A stretch of DNA of 64,000 nt from Schmidtea polychroa (lineage: Eukaryota). How positions within the stretch are numbered: position 1 is the first letter of the stretch; each line of letters begins with the position of its first letter. Shown here piece by piece: positions 1 to 11,815 of the stretch. The notes beneath the pieces are model-generated. The model had not been told where the DNA came from. It did not search any database and saw only the letters and a list, made by a program, of their open reading frames with translations. Made by a program: the position numbers and the translations under genes. Location: assembly GCA_044892525.1 (NCBI GenBank), contig CM097888.1, positions 46,376,001 to 46,440,000 on the forward strand, given 5' to 3'.

Positions 1-720
1 AATAAATCGATTCCTTCAATTATCGACGGAGATACATTTTCAACTACTACAAAACAATATTTTCTTCTCTACTTCTTATATTTATTCTAAGCTTGATTCG
101 TCCCTGCAAAATACTATGCAACAAATACAACATCAAAAGGAACCGAACAACAGCTTACAACCCAAAATCAAACCGAAAAAATCTAACGGTTTCACAGAAC
201 ATTAAAAGAAAGCATCAGAACAAAAGCCAACGATCAAAACTGGTTAATCCAACTACTCACAATACTAATTGGACTGAGAAATAGCCAAAACTCAACAGAT
301 ATTAAAAGTCCAGCATAGAAGGTTTTCGGAAAAGAATAAATTTGCCATCACTTAAATCAGACACAACTAAAACCACTGATGAAAATATATCAAACAAATA
401 ACAAACAAAAACAGCAAAACCACTGAACAGAAACCAAAAGAAATTCTAAAAAGGAGACCAGACTCTGAATTGGACGGAAAAACAGTACTAACAACAGATT
501 CCATCCTAATAAAAAACCATTCACAAAAGGTTTCGAATCCAAATACGAGGGGGCATTCAAACTACTTGAAATCAACAAAAACGTAGCCATAATAATCAAA
601 GACAACAACAAAATGAAAATAAACATAAGGCGAATAAAGCCCTACCACCAGAACCAAAACCCGCAAAACAACCCACCAAAAGACAAAACACAGACTCAAA
701 CACAAATAAAAACACAACCA
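1..720 (+). pseudogene. Degenerate Ty3/Gypsy integrase (core and C-terminus), truncated by the window start
   Basis: Manual translation across frameshifts gives LCNKYNIKRNRTTAYNPKSN..RFHRTLKESI..W...L.ILIGLRNS...SPA*KVFGK and KGFESKYEGAFKLLE...KINIRRIKPYH. These match the rve core (TTAYHPQ.NG..ERFHR.LK) and the Gypsy integrase tail (YEGPF..V / RLKPY). Confidence 0.75.
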
Positions 721-1081
721 ATCCACAAAAATATCACATTCAACTACAAAAGCTCAATAAAACTATTTGACATAGACACAATAATCACACCCCTATACAA
801 AAAACAATACAGCGATTATTTCAAATAAAACAGAAACATACAAAAAACAAAACACAAGCACAAACATGGATAATTGTACAGCTTTTTATTTACTTGTAAA
901 TATGTAACAGATTTTTAAGGTTTTATCAAGGTTGTATTAAAAAAATAAAAAAATAATATAAAACAAAAACACACATAAATATATAACAAAGTAAAACATA
1001 AAACAACAAAAAGAGAGGTTATTGCAAAATTGTCATTTTTATTTCTTTTCGTTCATGTTAACCCCCGGTTTTAAAGAGAGA

Positions 1082-1660
1082 AGTTATGTATTAGAATGTT
1101 GCATTTTATTGTTTTTATGAGCGTAGTAGAATGTTATATTTTTATTGTTTTTATGATTTAAAACAAAACATCAATCACGTTTTTTTATTACTATCATTTT
1201 GTTCCCGTAGTGTTAGGGAAATGAAATGTTTAAAAAACTATTTAATAAATTTTCGCTATAGTAAAAACACAAATAGAAAAAATTTTAAAAATTCGAAAAA
1301 AAAATTACGGAGTAATTAACTACTGATTAAAATCCAGCCAAGGAACAATTAATTACAGGTTAAAATCCAGTCAAAGAACTATTAATTACAGATTAAAATC
1401 CAGTCAAAGAACTATTAATTACAGATCAAAACCCAGCCAAAGAACTATTAATTACAGATCCAAACCCAGTCAAAGAACTATTAATTACAGATCAAAATCC
1501 AGTCAAAGAACTATTAATTACAGATTAACTACAGATGAAAGTTACCCTTTCAGTGAAATACTAACTGAGGACAATTAATTAAGGTTTTTCTTTTTGTTTC
1601 TTAATAAAAGTTTAGTAACATTATTTGTTAGTTGCATTTCGTTGTTATTTTTATCATAAT
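1082..1660 (+). mobile_element. Probable 3' LTR of the degenerate Gypsy element
   Basis: A purine tract AAAGAGAGA (1073-1081) is followed by AGTTATGTA, the same start as the LTR at 56698/61009. AATAAA lies near 1603 and CATAAT near 1655 may be the end. The right boundary is uncertain. Confidence 0.4.
1315..1530. repeat. 33-bp minisatellite, about 6.5 copies
   Basis: ATTAATTACAG recurs at 1348, 1381, 1414, 1447, 1480 and 1513; unit approximately ATTAATTACAGATCAAAATCCAGTCAAAGAACT. Confidence 0.9.
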
Positions 1661-2027
1661 CTATGAAAACATTTTTACTCAAGTTGTAATACGCAATACA
1701 TACAGACTGTCCAGTCACATATTTTTACAGGAGACGCTGTCGGGCTCTACACATCTTCTAAACATAAATTAATAAGAAAACAATAATTAACTTATTATAG
1801 TAAACAACTATAACAGAAGTCTAAAGATATATTAAAATACAAATTGATTGCCTAAATCTGGTATTATTAAAACAGCCGATTTACATGGCGAATTAATTAA
1901 TTTAATAATAATGATAATTATGCGTGCCAACATTTATACTTATTATATTTTTACTATATAATACTATTTGATTCTTATTTAAATATCCCTAACAATAAGT
2001 ATTATAAAAATTTATATAATGTATTTA

Positions 2028-2112
2028 TTAAAAAGAGCTTGAAGACTATGAATCAGCAAATATATAAAAAACATCGATATATTTAATGATTCTTAGTCTT
2101 CAAGCTTTTTAA
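2028..2112. repeat. Short hairpin element; internally deleted member of the palindrome family at 50571
   Basis: TTAAAAAGAGCTTGAAGACTATGAATCA...TGATTCTTAGTCTTCAAGCTTTTTAA forms inverted arms, and both arms are similar to the arms of 50571-50758. Confidence 0.7.
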
Positions 2113-3592
2113 TTAATACAGTGGAAAAGAAATCAGTGATAAAATTCGAAAAAAAGTTCTTATAATTATATAATGTAAATAATTTTAAAAATGTTAATCT
2201 AAATAGTTTAGTAAAAAGAAATAATCCTAGTGTAAAAAATAATTTAATTAAAACTGATATATGAAAATCGGAGCTGCGTCAAGCTTTTAATCTGCTCATA
2301 GTTACAAGGTCATACATAACATTAAGAGCTTGTCAAGCTAGGTTCTAGTAGGCCGTGTGTGGCGAGCAGATTTTCATTTTCAACTTAATAGTTCACGCAG
2401 ATAACAAACCTAAACTTACATCTAAACTACACTATTTTGTTGTATTGGACACTGAAAGTTCGTTTCCTTAATGTTCAGTGGGCTATGGGTACTGAGCATC
2501 CCTACAAAAAAAAGTCAACCTTAATTATTAAGGTAAAAAAAGTAAATGGGATTAAAATAAGGGTCTATCCCTGTCCAAATTTTTAAAAGTTTTTAAGATC
2601 GAGATATAGAGACACAATCTTCAAACCAAAAAATAATGGCGGATCTCTGCCAAATTAATTATAACAGTCAACGTAGAATGCCATTTTTGCGATAGGAAAC
2701 ATGAGACTAACACCAGGAAAATGCGTGTGAATTCCTGTTCAAAGTTTGAAAGTGACCAGTAAATAAAACCACCGCTAGGTTTAAATCAAACTTGCGACGC
2801 TGCAAACCGGGTGGTAAAAATTCAAAAACACAATGCAAAATATCATTATCAAAAAATCATAAAACGAACTTCCGAAACTGAAAAATAATTGTCACGAATC
2901 TGTGCGTGTGCCTACACTTTTATTTGACAAATTTAATTTTGGAATGTCGGAACTACAAAAAACTAAGACTAATAAATTAGGGTCCTCGTCGGAGAATTTT
3001 AGAAAATGTAATTATTTTAATCATATCTATGACCGAATTCATTAAATTTTTTAAAACATTCATGAATGAAGAGCCACGTAAAAGGGGCAGAAGACTCCAG
3101 AGGGGAGTGGCGAAACAAGGAGACCAGTATGTATATGGGAAATCATGGGAAAGCTGTCTCTCCAAAGAATTTTAACAGTAAAAAACGATGGAATCATTGG
3201 ACTTAAACTTTCAACACATAAACTGCAACAGACGGATAACAATTTCGGAGTTGTTTTTGCATAAAAAATCAAAGATTTTTGACATAGATGAACAATGACA
3301 ATTATAAATTACAATATAATATACTTTTATGTGAAAGCGAAAGTGTAAACATAATACATAATTTATATTTAAAACAAGTCTAAATTCAAAAATGTTATTT
3401 TTTTATAATTTCATGCCTTTTGGGACCATTCAAGATTTGGAGCCCAAGGCATGGTGCACATGCGTAAACGCGTCACTGTACAAAACACTAATATATGGAC
3501 ATAACTTGTTTAGCACTTATGTTACATTCCTGGGAAAACAGTATTAATAGAAACAATGCTAATAGAAACCGGGGGCCATACCTATATCATAA

Positions 3593-4449
3593 TGTTGGGT
3601 TATTGGGTTGGTGACAATGTTTGTAAATTCAAACTTTTACTTTGACTCCAAAGCGTGTTTATTAATTCATAATTCAACACTCTCGAACATGATAAGCTTC
3701 ATTAATATCCACACGGGATCGTACAAATTTCAATTACAACCAATTTATCACACTGAGCTTATTTCGACACTACGTGAAGAATAGCCCTTTCTGTAACCAC
3801 AACAATAATCACTAGTCATCAACTACTCAATTACAGGGTACGTTGATCGATTATTCTATTTGCTTTGACCACCAATTTATTTACTCCACTTCCACTTTAT
3901 ATTCAATTTTACAAAAGATTCTCGTCACTTCTCGTTTCACTCTGTCCTGAACTCTGTTTAATTCTCCCTTTGATTCTCTTCTTTAACGCTCAAAATTTAA
4001 TTCTCCTTTTAACTCTCGTTTTCTTCTTTTATTGTCTCGGTTTTTGTGTCTAATTTGGTTTTACTTTTGTTCTGATTTCTCGGTCAACTGTTCCGTTTTA
4101 TATAGTCTGTTTCATTTATGGCACTGGCAACAGATTCTGTTTTCCATTTTCCTTTTCCTCTGCGTCAGCCTTATCTCTGACAGATATCAAGATTTGCCAT
4201 GTTTTTATTTTTCATGTTGTGTCGACTTTCGCCATCTTTGACAAACCACCTTCATTTGTACTTAATTAAAAATGACCTTTGTTTTAATTTCTCGTTTGTT
4301 TTCTTTTATTTTATTTCTGTTTCTCATTTTTTATTTCTTTTTACTTCCGTTTTCTTTTCTGAGTTCCCATAGATCGTCCCGTTTGTCATGACGATTTTCC
4401 CGCAGGTAATTTATTTATTTATTATGTTATTTATCATTTAGGTATCCTC

Positions 4450-4453
<4 letters not shown>
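3593..4453. mobile_element. Solo LTR (TGTTG...CAA[C>T]A) with 4-bp TSD ATAA
   Basis: Starts TGTTGGGTTATTG and ends GGTATCCTCAATA. ATAA flanks both sides (3589-3592, 4454-4457). Both ends are homologous to the solo LTR at 47167-48171. Confidence 0.8.
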
Positions 4454-4496
<43 letters not shown>

Positions 4497-4514
4497 TAAT
4501 AATAATAATAATAT
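4450..4514. repeat. (TAA)n microsatellite
   Basis: About 21 ATA/TAA units directly visible at the right LTR end. Confidence 0.95.
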
Positions 4515-5171
4515 ACCATTGCGACATATTGAGTGGGATCAGTACCATTGTGATCATTACCCAAAAGGGGACAAAGTATCTTGTCGGATAGACACCATAA
4601 AATTAATAAATAAAAAAATATTGTTTAATTTTTTTAAACATTTAATAATGCAATATTTTTTGGTAATTAGTTTACTCGTTAAATTTAGATTGCAGCCCAT
4701 TACTTTATTTTTAATTAACATTGCTTGTTACGATATAAAAGAAGTAATTAATTTACGATATTAGAAACCATCGTTGCTTATGATACACAATTTTTACGAT
4801 ATAATTTCCATATTACGATAAGTTTTTTTACGATACAGGTAGTGGCACTCATAGAAACCTTATTTACACTAACTGTGTGAGTTGAATTCCATTAATATTG
4901 TTGGAATTCTGAAGATTTCGAACGGATTGAGATTCTTATCTGGCGCCATGTGGTTTTTTAATTAATAACACAATACCCAAAAAAAGAACAAATAAATTAA
5001 AATTTTATTATACATTTGCTATTATTCTTTATTATACTTTTAGCTAAAATATTTTAATGGGAATAAAAACATGTATGCAAACCCCATAATAAAAATAAGT
5101 AAAATATACACAGCAAGTAACAATTTCCAATAATCTTTATTTTTTGAAATACATAAAATATCAATCAACAA

Positions 5172-5960
5172 TTAAAATATCACATCATTCAAGATATTGT
5201 TCAATCTATCTTTGAGATTGTTTGGATCCGGATCATGATACATGACATACATCTCAGCGTCATAATCATTGTTCTCATCAATAGCATCAACTCCTAAATA
5301 ATACCCAAATGCACAACTTGTATTTTTTCCTACCCAGGCACGCTTATCATAATTATTTAACAATGCTATTTTAGAATTTTTAAATGTGAAAAACTGGTGA
5401 TTCCGGATTCCTATTCTAGACTGCGGTACAGAAATAATATGATTGTTATTATAGCAATCTAGATATGATTGATGGTTAATCCATGCTCATGATAATTTTA
5501 CCACCTTCGCTCTCATTATCAATTTAGGTGCTAAAATCCACCATAACACTTTGAACATAAAAAAACTCATTTATCGTATCCTAATCCCTTGCTCTCATCA
5601 TTGAACTTTCCGATAACAGAGTCGTTCCTCGAATAAAATGGGTGAGAAAAATCGTAATTTGAGGTGTCTAATAAGTAATCTGTAGTAATACATCTCATTT
5701 TAAATTTTTTATTTAAAAAAAAACTGTCAATGTCACTGGCTATTATATTGATATTGCAATTATATTGTCGTTTGAATTTCTCCAATTCATTATACTGTAG
5801 CTGGTACATCTGCAATTTAGGCAGATCTAGCACTGATTGTCCGATGCACTTAGGTCTGTCTAAACATATAGTATTTATTCAGATGAGCAGCAATCATATC
5901 ACCATCAATTCTCATGAACATAGAAGCCCATATTACCATAATGTCAAATTTGGATAAATA
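5172..5960 (-). pseudogene. Polinton/Maverick protein-primed family-B DNA polymerase, C-terminal relic (copy A)
   Basis: Reads RIDGDMIAAHLNK / TICLDRPKCIGQSVLDLPKLQMYQLQYN...IIASDIDSFF...LDTSNYDFSHPFYS...VIGKFNDE...LNNYDKRAWV...AFGYY. This matches the recalled pPolB motifs LDKPIYIG..ILDLSK..MY, YTDTDS (here degraded to DIDS), FDTSNY..HP.YS..VIGKFKDE and DDKRY...L.YGHY. Stops and frameshifts are present. Confidence 0.8.
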
Positions 5961-6166
5961 ATGAGTTCTTTCGTGATAAGTGTGAGACTACTAACGGATC
6001 AAAATCTATTTCCATAACATTAATAAATAGATGCAACGACGTAACTTCACATTTTAGGCGCACAAGGAAAATATATTTTGAGCTCCCTTTTTCAGTCGAA
6101 TGAAATAAGTTCTGAAATTATTTTTCATACAAACATATTTCTCATATTCATTTAAACATGCACATA

Positions 6167-6603
6167 TAGGCTTACCACCCGTTCGGTTTTCGCACGAACA
6201 GTTCGGTAATCAAATGAATTGTTCGTTGTTCGTTTGGCACCCAGACCGAACGTTAAAATGTTCGGTTATTGTATCAATTAATTAAATTCCATGTAAAAAA
6301 ATAAAAAAAATTAATTTAGCTTAAAAATATTGTTTTACGTTAACTTAATTCCACTACCTGTTTGTTAATAAAGTTAATAAAGTGCTAATTCTTTCATAAT
6401 GACTGATATATTTATTTAATATATTATGAAATAAAAAGTGTTAATTTTAATTTTTTGTTTTTTCGTTTTATACATTTAATATTTATATTTAAATACATAT
6501 TATAGATACACTTATTATAAAATTGATGTTTTATTTAAATTATTATTTTTTTTTAATTGGTTTGAGTGTTCGTATATCGGTCGAGAAACATGTGGTAACC
6601 CTA
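6167..6603. mobile_element. hAT-type MITE (437 bp), copy A
   Basis: TIR TAGG(C/G)TTACCAC, perfect 8-bp TSD TGCACATA (6159-6166, 6604-6611), and subterminal GTTCG repeats. Confidence 0.85.
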
Positions 6604-7311
6604 TGCACATATAAAAAACAATTTAAAAGTAAATTCTTTTTAAATTAAAGAAATATTATATTTTATATTTATAATAAAATAAATTTAAAGCTTCAAAGCT
6701 TTGATTACTTTTGCTACTCTATAACCCCACTGAATGATTGGCTATGGCAATAGAAAGCACATTAGAAGATATTGACAGGCAAGATGCAATCTTGAGGGTC
6801 TCAATTTTGAACTCTCTGTATCAGAACATTGAAGGGTTAATTGCAATAAAAGATAATTTGAAGCTACATAGTTTCTTAAGTAAGGAAAATTATAATAGTG
6901 CCATAAAATATCCAGCATTTAAATGCCGCTTTCTGAAGAGGGCTCATACAAACCTATAAGACTTGTGAACTACAGTACTCAAGGCAGTCGACATTGGCAA
7001 ATCGAATGTTTATTCTATGTGTACAGATACATGGAGTTGTTGAAAAACCTCTTTTTAACATAATAATTAGTTAATCCAAGAGCCGCTTTCGTTAAAATTT
7101 CCAACTGAAATAAGTGAAAGGTTTCCCTTTATTTTTTACCAACTGTACTGAACATTTAAGTAAATATTTATATTATTATTATTATTATTTATAATATTTT
7201 TCAAAATTTAACCTAAATACATTTATCCCTTCAATTGCAACCCCAATTAATAACTTCTCCATTTTATTATCCTACTTCTGGAAATGCTTTTTAATGCTTT
7301 TTCCAATCTTA

Positions 7312-7671
7312 CTAATATATAATTGGTTTTAATTTCCCATCGTAAGGCTCCGAGTAGTCCTCATGTGACATAGGATTTTGATAAATGCTTGGAGGTGAGA
7401 CTGTCATATGGTATTTCTGATAAGGTATTCTTGCCCAAATATCATTAGGCATCGCATCTTTATAATGAACTTTCTCTAAATTCATCTTTATTTTTTCCGT
7501 GTGATAAATGAGATGAGGACACCATAAATATTTCGGAGTAAGTTTCAATTTAGATTCTGGAATTTTGAAAAAATCATCGGGAAGTTTAAACCTATCCAAA
7601 GGAGATTGGTCTTTGTCGACCGGCGGAATCTGGAGATTGGTTCCATATAATGATGGTAATTTTATTTTCAT
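7312..7671 (-). CDS. Possible 119-aa orphan protein (Pro/Lys/Tyr-rich)
   Basis: ATG-initiated ORF of normal amino-acid complexity with GC above the flanks. No family recognised. Confidence 0.3.
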   Translation of the reverse strand: MKIKLPSLYGTNLQIPPVDKDQSPLDRFKLPDDFFKIPESKLKLTPKYLWCPHLIYHTEKIKMNLEKVHYKDAMPNDIWARIPYQKYHMTVSPPSIYQNPMSHEDYSEPYDGKLKPIIY

Positions 7672-8739
7672 TCTTGAGATTAATTGTTTTTTCAGAATAT
7701 CGATTTTAATTAAAAATTAATTAGTATTATTGGCCGTCATTAGACAGAGAGAAATGTTGCAAAACTGATAATTCAAACCTTTGTTAGTGATTGCTACAGT
7801 TACATGAGAAAATTTCACAAGTTAACATTTTCTCAATATTCTAAAGTTGTCTTTGAAAACTACCTTATTTGACACAAACCTTTGACATAAAACTTTCTTT
7901 ATATGTATATTGGATATATAATTAATTTCGGTAGAATTTAACTTTGACTCTGACTCCGCGATTTATTTCAATTAAAACAACTCAGCAAATGAAAAAGTTT
8001 ATTTCTTTAGAACAAATCACAAAATATCAATAATAACTAATTCGATATATATTATTAGAATAAATTTGTCTTTCGTGACAGTTAGGATTGCATAAAATTT
8101 CACAAATCAATTTAAAAGTACAAAGATTGAAATGTAAAATTTTGTTGGAGTTGTTGGTAAAATATGAAATCAACTATTATTGATCTGATGTCAAAGCATG
8201 TCTTGGTTAACATCAATAAGGAATTTCAGACAACATAAACTTTTATTTACTATCAAAAATGGATATCAATTTACAGTGACACCAATAATTCAGCACTACA
8301 ACTGTTGAGGAATATTATTTTTGGTTTTTCTGTGAAACTTTCTTAAATATAGTTTTGTTTTAATAATAAAGTTTTTAAAAGATTTAACTTAGTAATTGTT
8401 AAATTGGATTAATTGAGAAAAAAATTTAAAATATTCAATTACCATTGCACGTTTTAACACCAAATAATATATTAAATAGTTTATTTGACGACGATCATAA
8501 ATAGTAAACAGTCGGTAAATATTAGCATAGATTTAACAATGATTGAAAACATTTTAATTTTATTATTTTTCACGGTTTTTACCACATTAATAATTATATA
8601 AATATGTAAATATTCTCATAATTATTATTATTTAAAACAATAAAGTGATAATTTAAGCCTTTTGTTGCGAATAATGTATTTAATGAAAACATTTTCGAGG
8701 ATAATCAAGGATTATCTTATAGTCCATATTCTTATAGTC

Positions 8740-9106
8740 AAAATCTCAACCCGTGTTCCGCGACCACGCTTCCAGTGTTCCGCGAAAAAAATGACATTTT
8801 ATCTTTAAATGTGCATTTAAGATACATATCATCAAAAACCTCAATTAATTTTTTTATAAGATGATTCAATAAGAAAGCCGTTACACAGATATATAAACAT
8901 ACAAATGTAAAAGTGTTTTTATTGCTTGTTATTGTTGCGCGTGGTATTTTCTTTGCTTATAAGAAGGCATTGTTTACGTTTACGACAGATTTATAGTAAT
9001 TTGTGATTGGTCACTCATTGTGCGCAAGTATGTTTTTATCAGTGTTCCGCGTAAAAAAAATCATGTGAATGGTGTTGCGTGCTTTTATATTAATTGAGAA
9101 CCACTG
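8740..9106. mobile_element. Charlie/Buster-like hAT MITE with degenerate left end
   Basis: Right end TTGAGAACCACTG, degenerate left end ..CTCAACC, and repeated subterminal GTGTTCCGCG. No clear TSD. Confidence 0.5.
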
Positions 9107-9851
9107 GCTTAAATTATCACTTTATTGTTTTAAATAATAAATGCTGCTACCANNNNNNNNNNNNNNNNNNNNNNNNNNNNNNNNNNNNNNNNNNNNNNNN
9201 NNNNNNNNNNNNNNNNNNNNNNNNNNNNNNNNNNNNNNNNNNNNNNNNNNNNNNNNNNNNNNNNNNNNNNNNNNNNNNNNNNNNNNNCAGCAAAAAGGCG
9301 AAGTGAGTCCATGTATATTTGTATAATTACATATCAATTCAGAACTTTGATTTTGTCTTTTTGAAAGGATAGCTCAACAATTACTGTTTGGATTCCTTGA
9401 AAATTTTTAAAAAAAATTATATATCATTAAAACATTTAATTACCTCAGATTAATTTTAGGAGCGTCTGGTAATTGGCGATATAAAATAATAAAGTTTGAA
9501 AATAATCCCGAAATACAGCATATTGCTATCATTATCATATTGAACACGAATACATAATTCATCTAAAATATTCATCTAAAATATTAATATTAAAATAATA
9601 AAGATTTTAAAAATACTGAAGAAAATTTAAATAATCGAAAAACAATTATCCAAGAAATAACAAAAATTATTTTATAAATAAAAAACCCAATAAATTTGTT
9701 TTTCTAAATGTAAAATATAATAAAAACGATTTAAAAAATTTAAAAACTAATTAAAAAGATTTTAAACCAATAAAAAAATTGCAACAAATTTATATTCAAA
9801 TCCAGTCACTATTTAAAATGAGAAAATCTTAGATAATTTAATGAACTTTTC

Positions 9852-11340
9852 ACAGGCGAGAATTTATTAAAATTTTGGATTCTTGGTTCATTTTCTCAGA
9901 TTTTGCACAGATTCTTCGGGTTTCAATGGTATTTGGGTTTGGATTCTTTCTCTGATTTTCAAACTTTCTGAAAAGATAATAATTCTTTTTATTAAATTTG
10001 TTTAAATTTAATAAAACTTTGGATTCTTGGTTTAATTTCTCAGATTTTGCACAGATTCTTCGGGTTTCAATGGTATTTGGGTTTGGATTCTTTCTCTGAA
10101 TTTCAAACTTCCTGAATGGATAAAATTTCTTTTTATTAAATTTGTTTAAATTTAATAAAACTTTGGATTCTTGGTTTAATTTCTCAGATTTTGCACAGAT
10201 TCTTCGGGTTTCAATGGTATTTGGGTTTGGATTCTTTCTCTGATTTCCAAACTTTCTGAAAAGATAATAATTCTTTTTATTAAATTTGTTTAAATTAAAA
10301 AAACTTTGGATTCTTGGTTTAATTTCTCAGATTTTGCACAGATTCTTCGGGTTTCAATGGTATTTGGGTTTGGATTCTTTCTCTGATTTCCAAACTTTCT
10401 GAAAAGATAATAATTCTTTTTATTAAATTTGTTTAAATTAAAAAAACTTTGGATTCTTGGTTTAATTTCTCAGATTTTGCACAGATTCTTCGGGTTTCAA
10501 TGGTATTTGGGTTTGGATTCTTTCTCTGATTTCCAATCTTTCTGAAAAGATAATAATTCTTTTTATTAAATTTGGATTCTTGGTTTAATTTCTCAGATTT
10601 TGCACAGATTCTTCGGGTTTCAATGGTATTTAGGTTTGGATTCTTTCTCTGATTTTCAAACTTTCTGAATGAATAATAATTCTTTTTATTAAATTTGTTT
10701 AAATTTAATAAAACTTTGGATTCTTGGTTTAATTTCTCAGATTTTGCACAGATTCTTCGGGTTTCAATGGTATTTGGGTTTGGATTCTTTCTCTGATTTT
10801 CAAACTTTCTGAAAAGATAATAATTCTTTTTATTAAATTTGTTTAAATTTAATAAAACTTTGGATTCTTGGTTTAATTTCTCAGATTTTGCACAGATTCT
10901 TCGAGTTTCAATGGTATTTGGGTTTGGATTCTTTCTCTGATTTTAAAACTTTCTGAAAAGATAATAATTCTTTTTATTAAATTTGTTTAAATTTAATGAA
11001 ACTTTGGATTCTTGGTTTAATTTCTCAGATTTTGCACAGATTCTTCGGGTTTCAATGGTATTTGGGTTTGGATTCTTTCTCTGATTTTAAAACTTTCTGA
11101 AAAGATAATAATTCTTTTTATTAAATTTGTTTAAATTTAATAAAACTTTGGATTCTTGGTTTAATTTCTCAGATTTTGCACAGATTCTTCGGGTTTCAAT
11201 GGTATTTGGGTTTGGATTCTTTCTCTGATTTTAAAACTTTCTGAAAAGATAATAATTCTTTTTATTAAATTTGTTTAAATTTAATAAAACTTTGGATTCT
11301 TGGTTTAATTTCTCAGATTTACCACAGATTCTTCGGGTTT
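9852..11340 (-). repeat. 144-bp tandem array (10 full units plus one partial), inverted relative to the array inside ORF 14546-15997
   Basis: GGATTCTTGG at 9877, 10021, 10165, 10308, 10451, 10574, 10718, 10862, 11006, 11150 and 11294. Two units are 143 bp and one has a 21-bp deletion. It is the reverse complement of the ORF repeat; three units carry GAA>TAA in the coding frame. Confidence 0.95.
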
Positions 11341-11815
11341 GTTTGTTCGGGTAATTTACCTAATTAAATTCAGTGATGACTTTATTTGAAAGATCTGAAC
11401 TTTAATTTACTTATTTGAGCCTGTAATTTACTTATATAACTTTAATTTAATTTTTACACTATTGATTACCTGATTAAAAATTTGTATCTTAATTTATTTT
11501 AATTTAACCATTTATTTACTGAATTTAACATTTGTTTACAAATATTATTTAATTTACTTTTTATCCTTAATTTACCTATTTATCCCTTGTATTACTTAAT
11601 TTAGCGTTTTACAACATAATTTACTTAACAACCGAATAACCCTTATTTACATATTTAACCAATAATTTCATGTAGTGAATTATTACTTAACAAAGATTTG
11701 CATCTAAAATTAACATTGAAAAATATTTCATAAAAACTTTCATCTTAAATTGAATTTGAGATTAATTTAATAAAAATTTCCATTTTAAATTGATTCTGAA
11801 AAATATTTCATAATA

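Larger units (their letters stand above)
3637..6696 (+). repeat. Segmental duplication, copy A (LTR part + Polinton polB relic + hAT MITE)
   Basis: Near-identical direct copy at about 15988-18862; shared sequence ends at AAAGCTTCAA in both copies. Confidence 0.9.

Noticed and set aside
3865-4241. Hydrophobic ORFs in the solo LTRs (also 16194-16394, 47721-47978)
   Set aside because: Low-complexity T/C-rich LTR sequence; no domain, and the frames are not conserved between the LTR subfamilies.
6738-6959. 73-aa TTG-initiated ORF
   Set aside because: Short, non-ATG start, no recognisable motif.
9094-9337. ORFs containing X runs (also 32929-33126 and 45568-46017)
   Set aside because: Artefacts of translating through N gaps. 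The real SLC6 exon at 45585-45716 is in a different frame.
9852-11340. CRISPR-like array
   Set aside because: The units are contiguous 144-bp tandem repeats with no unique spacers; the context is eukaryotic and no cas genes were seen. The same applies to the 33-bp array at 1315-1530.
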